This document shows positions 28,114 to 29,738 of a stretch of 29,738 nt of DNA, piece by piece; within the stretch, counting starts at the first letter, position 1; each line of letters starts with the position of its first letter. The translations under genes and the position numbers were made by a program. This DNA is from Acidobacteriota bacterium (lineage in GTDB: Bacteria; Acidobacteriota; Polarisedimenticolia; JACPZX01; DASXTC01). The notes under the pieces are model-generated. The model worked only from the letters and a program-made list of their open reading frames with translations, was not told where the DNA came from and ran no database searches. The stretch covers positions 1-29,738 of the forward strand of contig JBHHZN010000001.1 of the NCBI GenBank assembly GCA_046758155.1, read 5' to 3'.

Positions 28114-29715
28114 TCAACGTGGGTTCTCGAAGCGGACGAATCCCAGAGGCCGGAGCTGCTCGGGCGTGTCCCTCAAGAGGGCCCTCTCCCGCGCGCGCGG
28201 CAGCAGACCCCGCGTGAAGTAGACGGGCCGGCCCTCATTCCGGAACAGCACGGCGAGACGCAGGTGGGTGCCGCGTGCCGCGTGGATGACGCTGACATCG
28301 CGCCGAACGGCCTGGATCCAGAAAAGGTACCGCAGCTCCATCGCCGGCCAGTATCTGGTCAGGATCACCGCCTCGCGCGGCAAGGGCGCCCGCGCGACAC
28401 GCTCGAGCAGCTCTTGATAAGAGCGCTCCTGGAGTGTATCGCGATCGACGTACCGATCGTTGATCGGCACGAGGAGCAGGCACGCGACGACGCACGCCGT
28501 ACCGTGGACTCTCCACCGCCACGTGCGCGACACCGCCGCCGGGAGATCCGGCGGACCGGCGCAACCCAGCCCGGCGAGCAACGACATCCCGATCAAGCCC
28601 GGTATCGTGAACGTCAGGCTGTCCCAGACCTTGTAGACGAGCAAGAAGACGAGGTTGCCGGCGCACAGCCCCAGGCCGAGAAGGGCCCAGCCGGGCCGGC
28701 GCCGCCAGAAGAAGACGCCGGCCAGGGCCAGCAGGACTCCCGGCGGACCGAGACTCATGCCCCCGCGTAACATCACATCGGTCATTCCGGCCGGGGCGAA
28801 TCGACTCCCCCAGATCCCCAGGCCGCTCACCAGCCAGGCGTACTTGCGGAGGCTGTCCCGCGCCCCGCCCCACCCGATGCGGGGCGACCAGCTCAGGCCG
28901 AGCATGAAAGACAGCGTCGAGCGCGTGGCTGCCGCGACTCCGGATCGGTGCGTATAATCGAACGTCACCTCCCCGGGCTGGTATCCGATCATGGTGTCCC
29001 TGAGCATGTCGTCCCGAACCGCGAAACGATGCGGATCGCTGTGGGCGATGTTGAGGCCGAACGCGACGACAAACGGCAGGAGAAACCAGCCCGCCGCCGC
29101 CAGCCAGCGGGCCGCCGTCATCGAGACTCGCTTGCGGGAGCCGAGCCACAACCCCAGGAAGGCCGGCACGATCATGATCTCCGATGGTCGTTCGGCGACG
29201 GCGACTCCCAGCATCACGGCCATCGTGGCCAGCCAGACCACCCGGCCGGTCTCGATGAGACGCGTGGCGGCCTCGATCGCCAGGAGGATGAAGGCGGCGC
29301 CGAAAACGTACACCTCGGCGATCGTCGCCTGGCTCCAGTAAACGGAGCTGAACGCGAGCATCATCCCGGCGACCCACGCCGGAAGGCTGCGTCCCGTGAT
29401 ACGCCGCACGGCGGAGAACAGGGCGATACAGCCGATGACACCGAAAACGGCCGACATCAGGTTCATCCGCCAGGCCACGCTGCGTCCCACCGGCAGGAGG
29501 CTGAAGACCTTGCCCGCGCTTACCTGCAGGGCATAGCCCGGCGAGTGGCAGATCCCGAGCAGGGGGGCGGCCCACTGCAACTCGCCCGAGTCCCCCTCGG
29601 CCGCGCCGGGATGAAGCCTCTTCAGATAGAGCACGGACTGCGCCGCGACCAGGCTCGCCATCGCGAGCCGCCCTCCCCAGCGGTCGCGCATCCATCCGGA
29701 GGCGTCGAACCTCAT
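28114..29715 (-). CDS. DUF2723-domain (TMEM260-like) multi-pass membrane glycosyltransferase (GT-C)
   Basis: GDSGELQWAAPLLGICHSPGY, FSLLPVG..AWRMNLMSA and WSQATIAEVY motifs, plus many TM segments. Confidence 0.8.
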   Translation of the reverse strand: MRFDASGWMRDRWGGRLAMASLVAAQSVLYLKRLHPGAAEGDSGELQWAAPLLGICHSPGYALQVSAGKVFSLLPVGRSVAWRMNLMSAVFGVIGCIALFSAVRRITGRSLPAWVAGMMLAFSSVYWSQATIAEVYVFGAAFILLAIEAATRLIETGRVVWLATMAVMLGVAVAERPSEIMIVPAFLGLWLGSRKRVSMTAARWLAAAGWFLLPFVVAFGLNIAHSDPHRFAVRDDMLRDTMIGYQPGEVTFDYTHRSGVAAATRSTLSFMLGLSWSPRIGWGGARDSLRKYAWLVSGLGIWGSRFAPAGMTDVMLRGGMSLGPPGVLLALAGVFFWRRRPGWALLGLGLCAGNLVFLLVYKVWDSLTFTIPGLIGMSLLAGLGCAGPPDLPAAVSRTWRWRVHGTACVVACLLLVPINDRYVDRDTLQERSYQELLERVARAPLPREAVILTRYWPAMELRYLFWIQAVRRDVSVIHAARGTHLRLAVLFRNEGRPVYFTRGLLPRARERALLRDTPEQLRPLGFVRFENPR

Positions 29716-29738
29716 GACGAATGGAACCGGTCTGGCCG

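Noticed and set aside
1-29738. Genome-wide TAG or TGA reassignment
   Set aside because: TAG and TGA both terminate clearly bounded genes here (for example pstB TAG followed by the phoU SD, and pstC/pstA TGA in ATGA overlaps). Only site-specific recoding is tenable.
1-29738. CRISPR arrays, IS elements, integrases, rRNA or tRNA
   Set aside because: I saw no regularly spaced repeats, transposase or integrase motifs, or structural RNA signatures.

Overview
GC-rich bacterial chromosomal window; the gene content would suit an Acidobacteriota-like organism, but that is inference only. I saw no mobile element, CRISPR array, rRNA or tRNA. Left to right: a truncated mddA-like methanethiol methyltransferase (absent from the ORF track), DoxX, a FemAB/GNAT-like protein and an ArnT-like GT-C glycosyltransferase with an extra C-terminal domain. 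Divergent from these is a co-oriented run of HpnO-like class-III aminotransferase, OmpR-family two-component system, type III PKS, flavin oxidoreductase and YceI. Next come a REC-PilZ plus Wzc-like tyrosine autokinase pair and a complete phoB-phoR-pstSCAB-phoU locus. After that are a deiodinase-like protein split by an in-frame TGA at the canonical selenocysteine position with a SECIS-like hairpin, an HpnR-like B12/radical-SAM enzyme, two tandem RoxA-like di-haem cytochromes, a cyclase-family lipoprotein and a DUF2723 membrane protein. The most notable hidden signals are the probable selenoprotein, Pho-box-type 11-bp repeat arrays in front of both pstS and the aminotransferase/PKS operon, two in-frame amber codons and one frameshift. 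All family assignments come from motif recognition by eye, without database searches.
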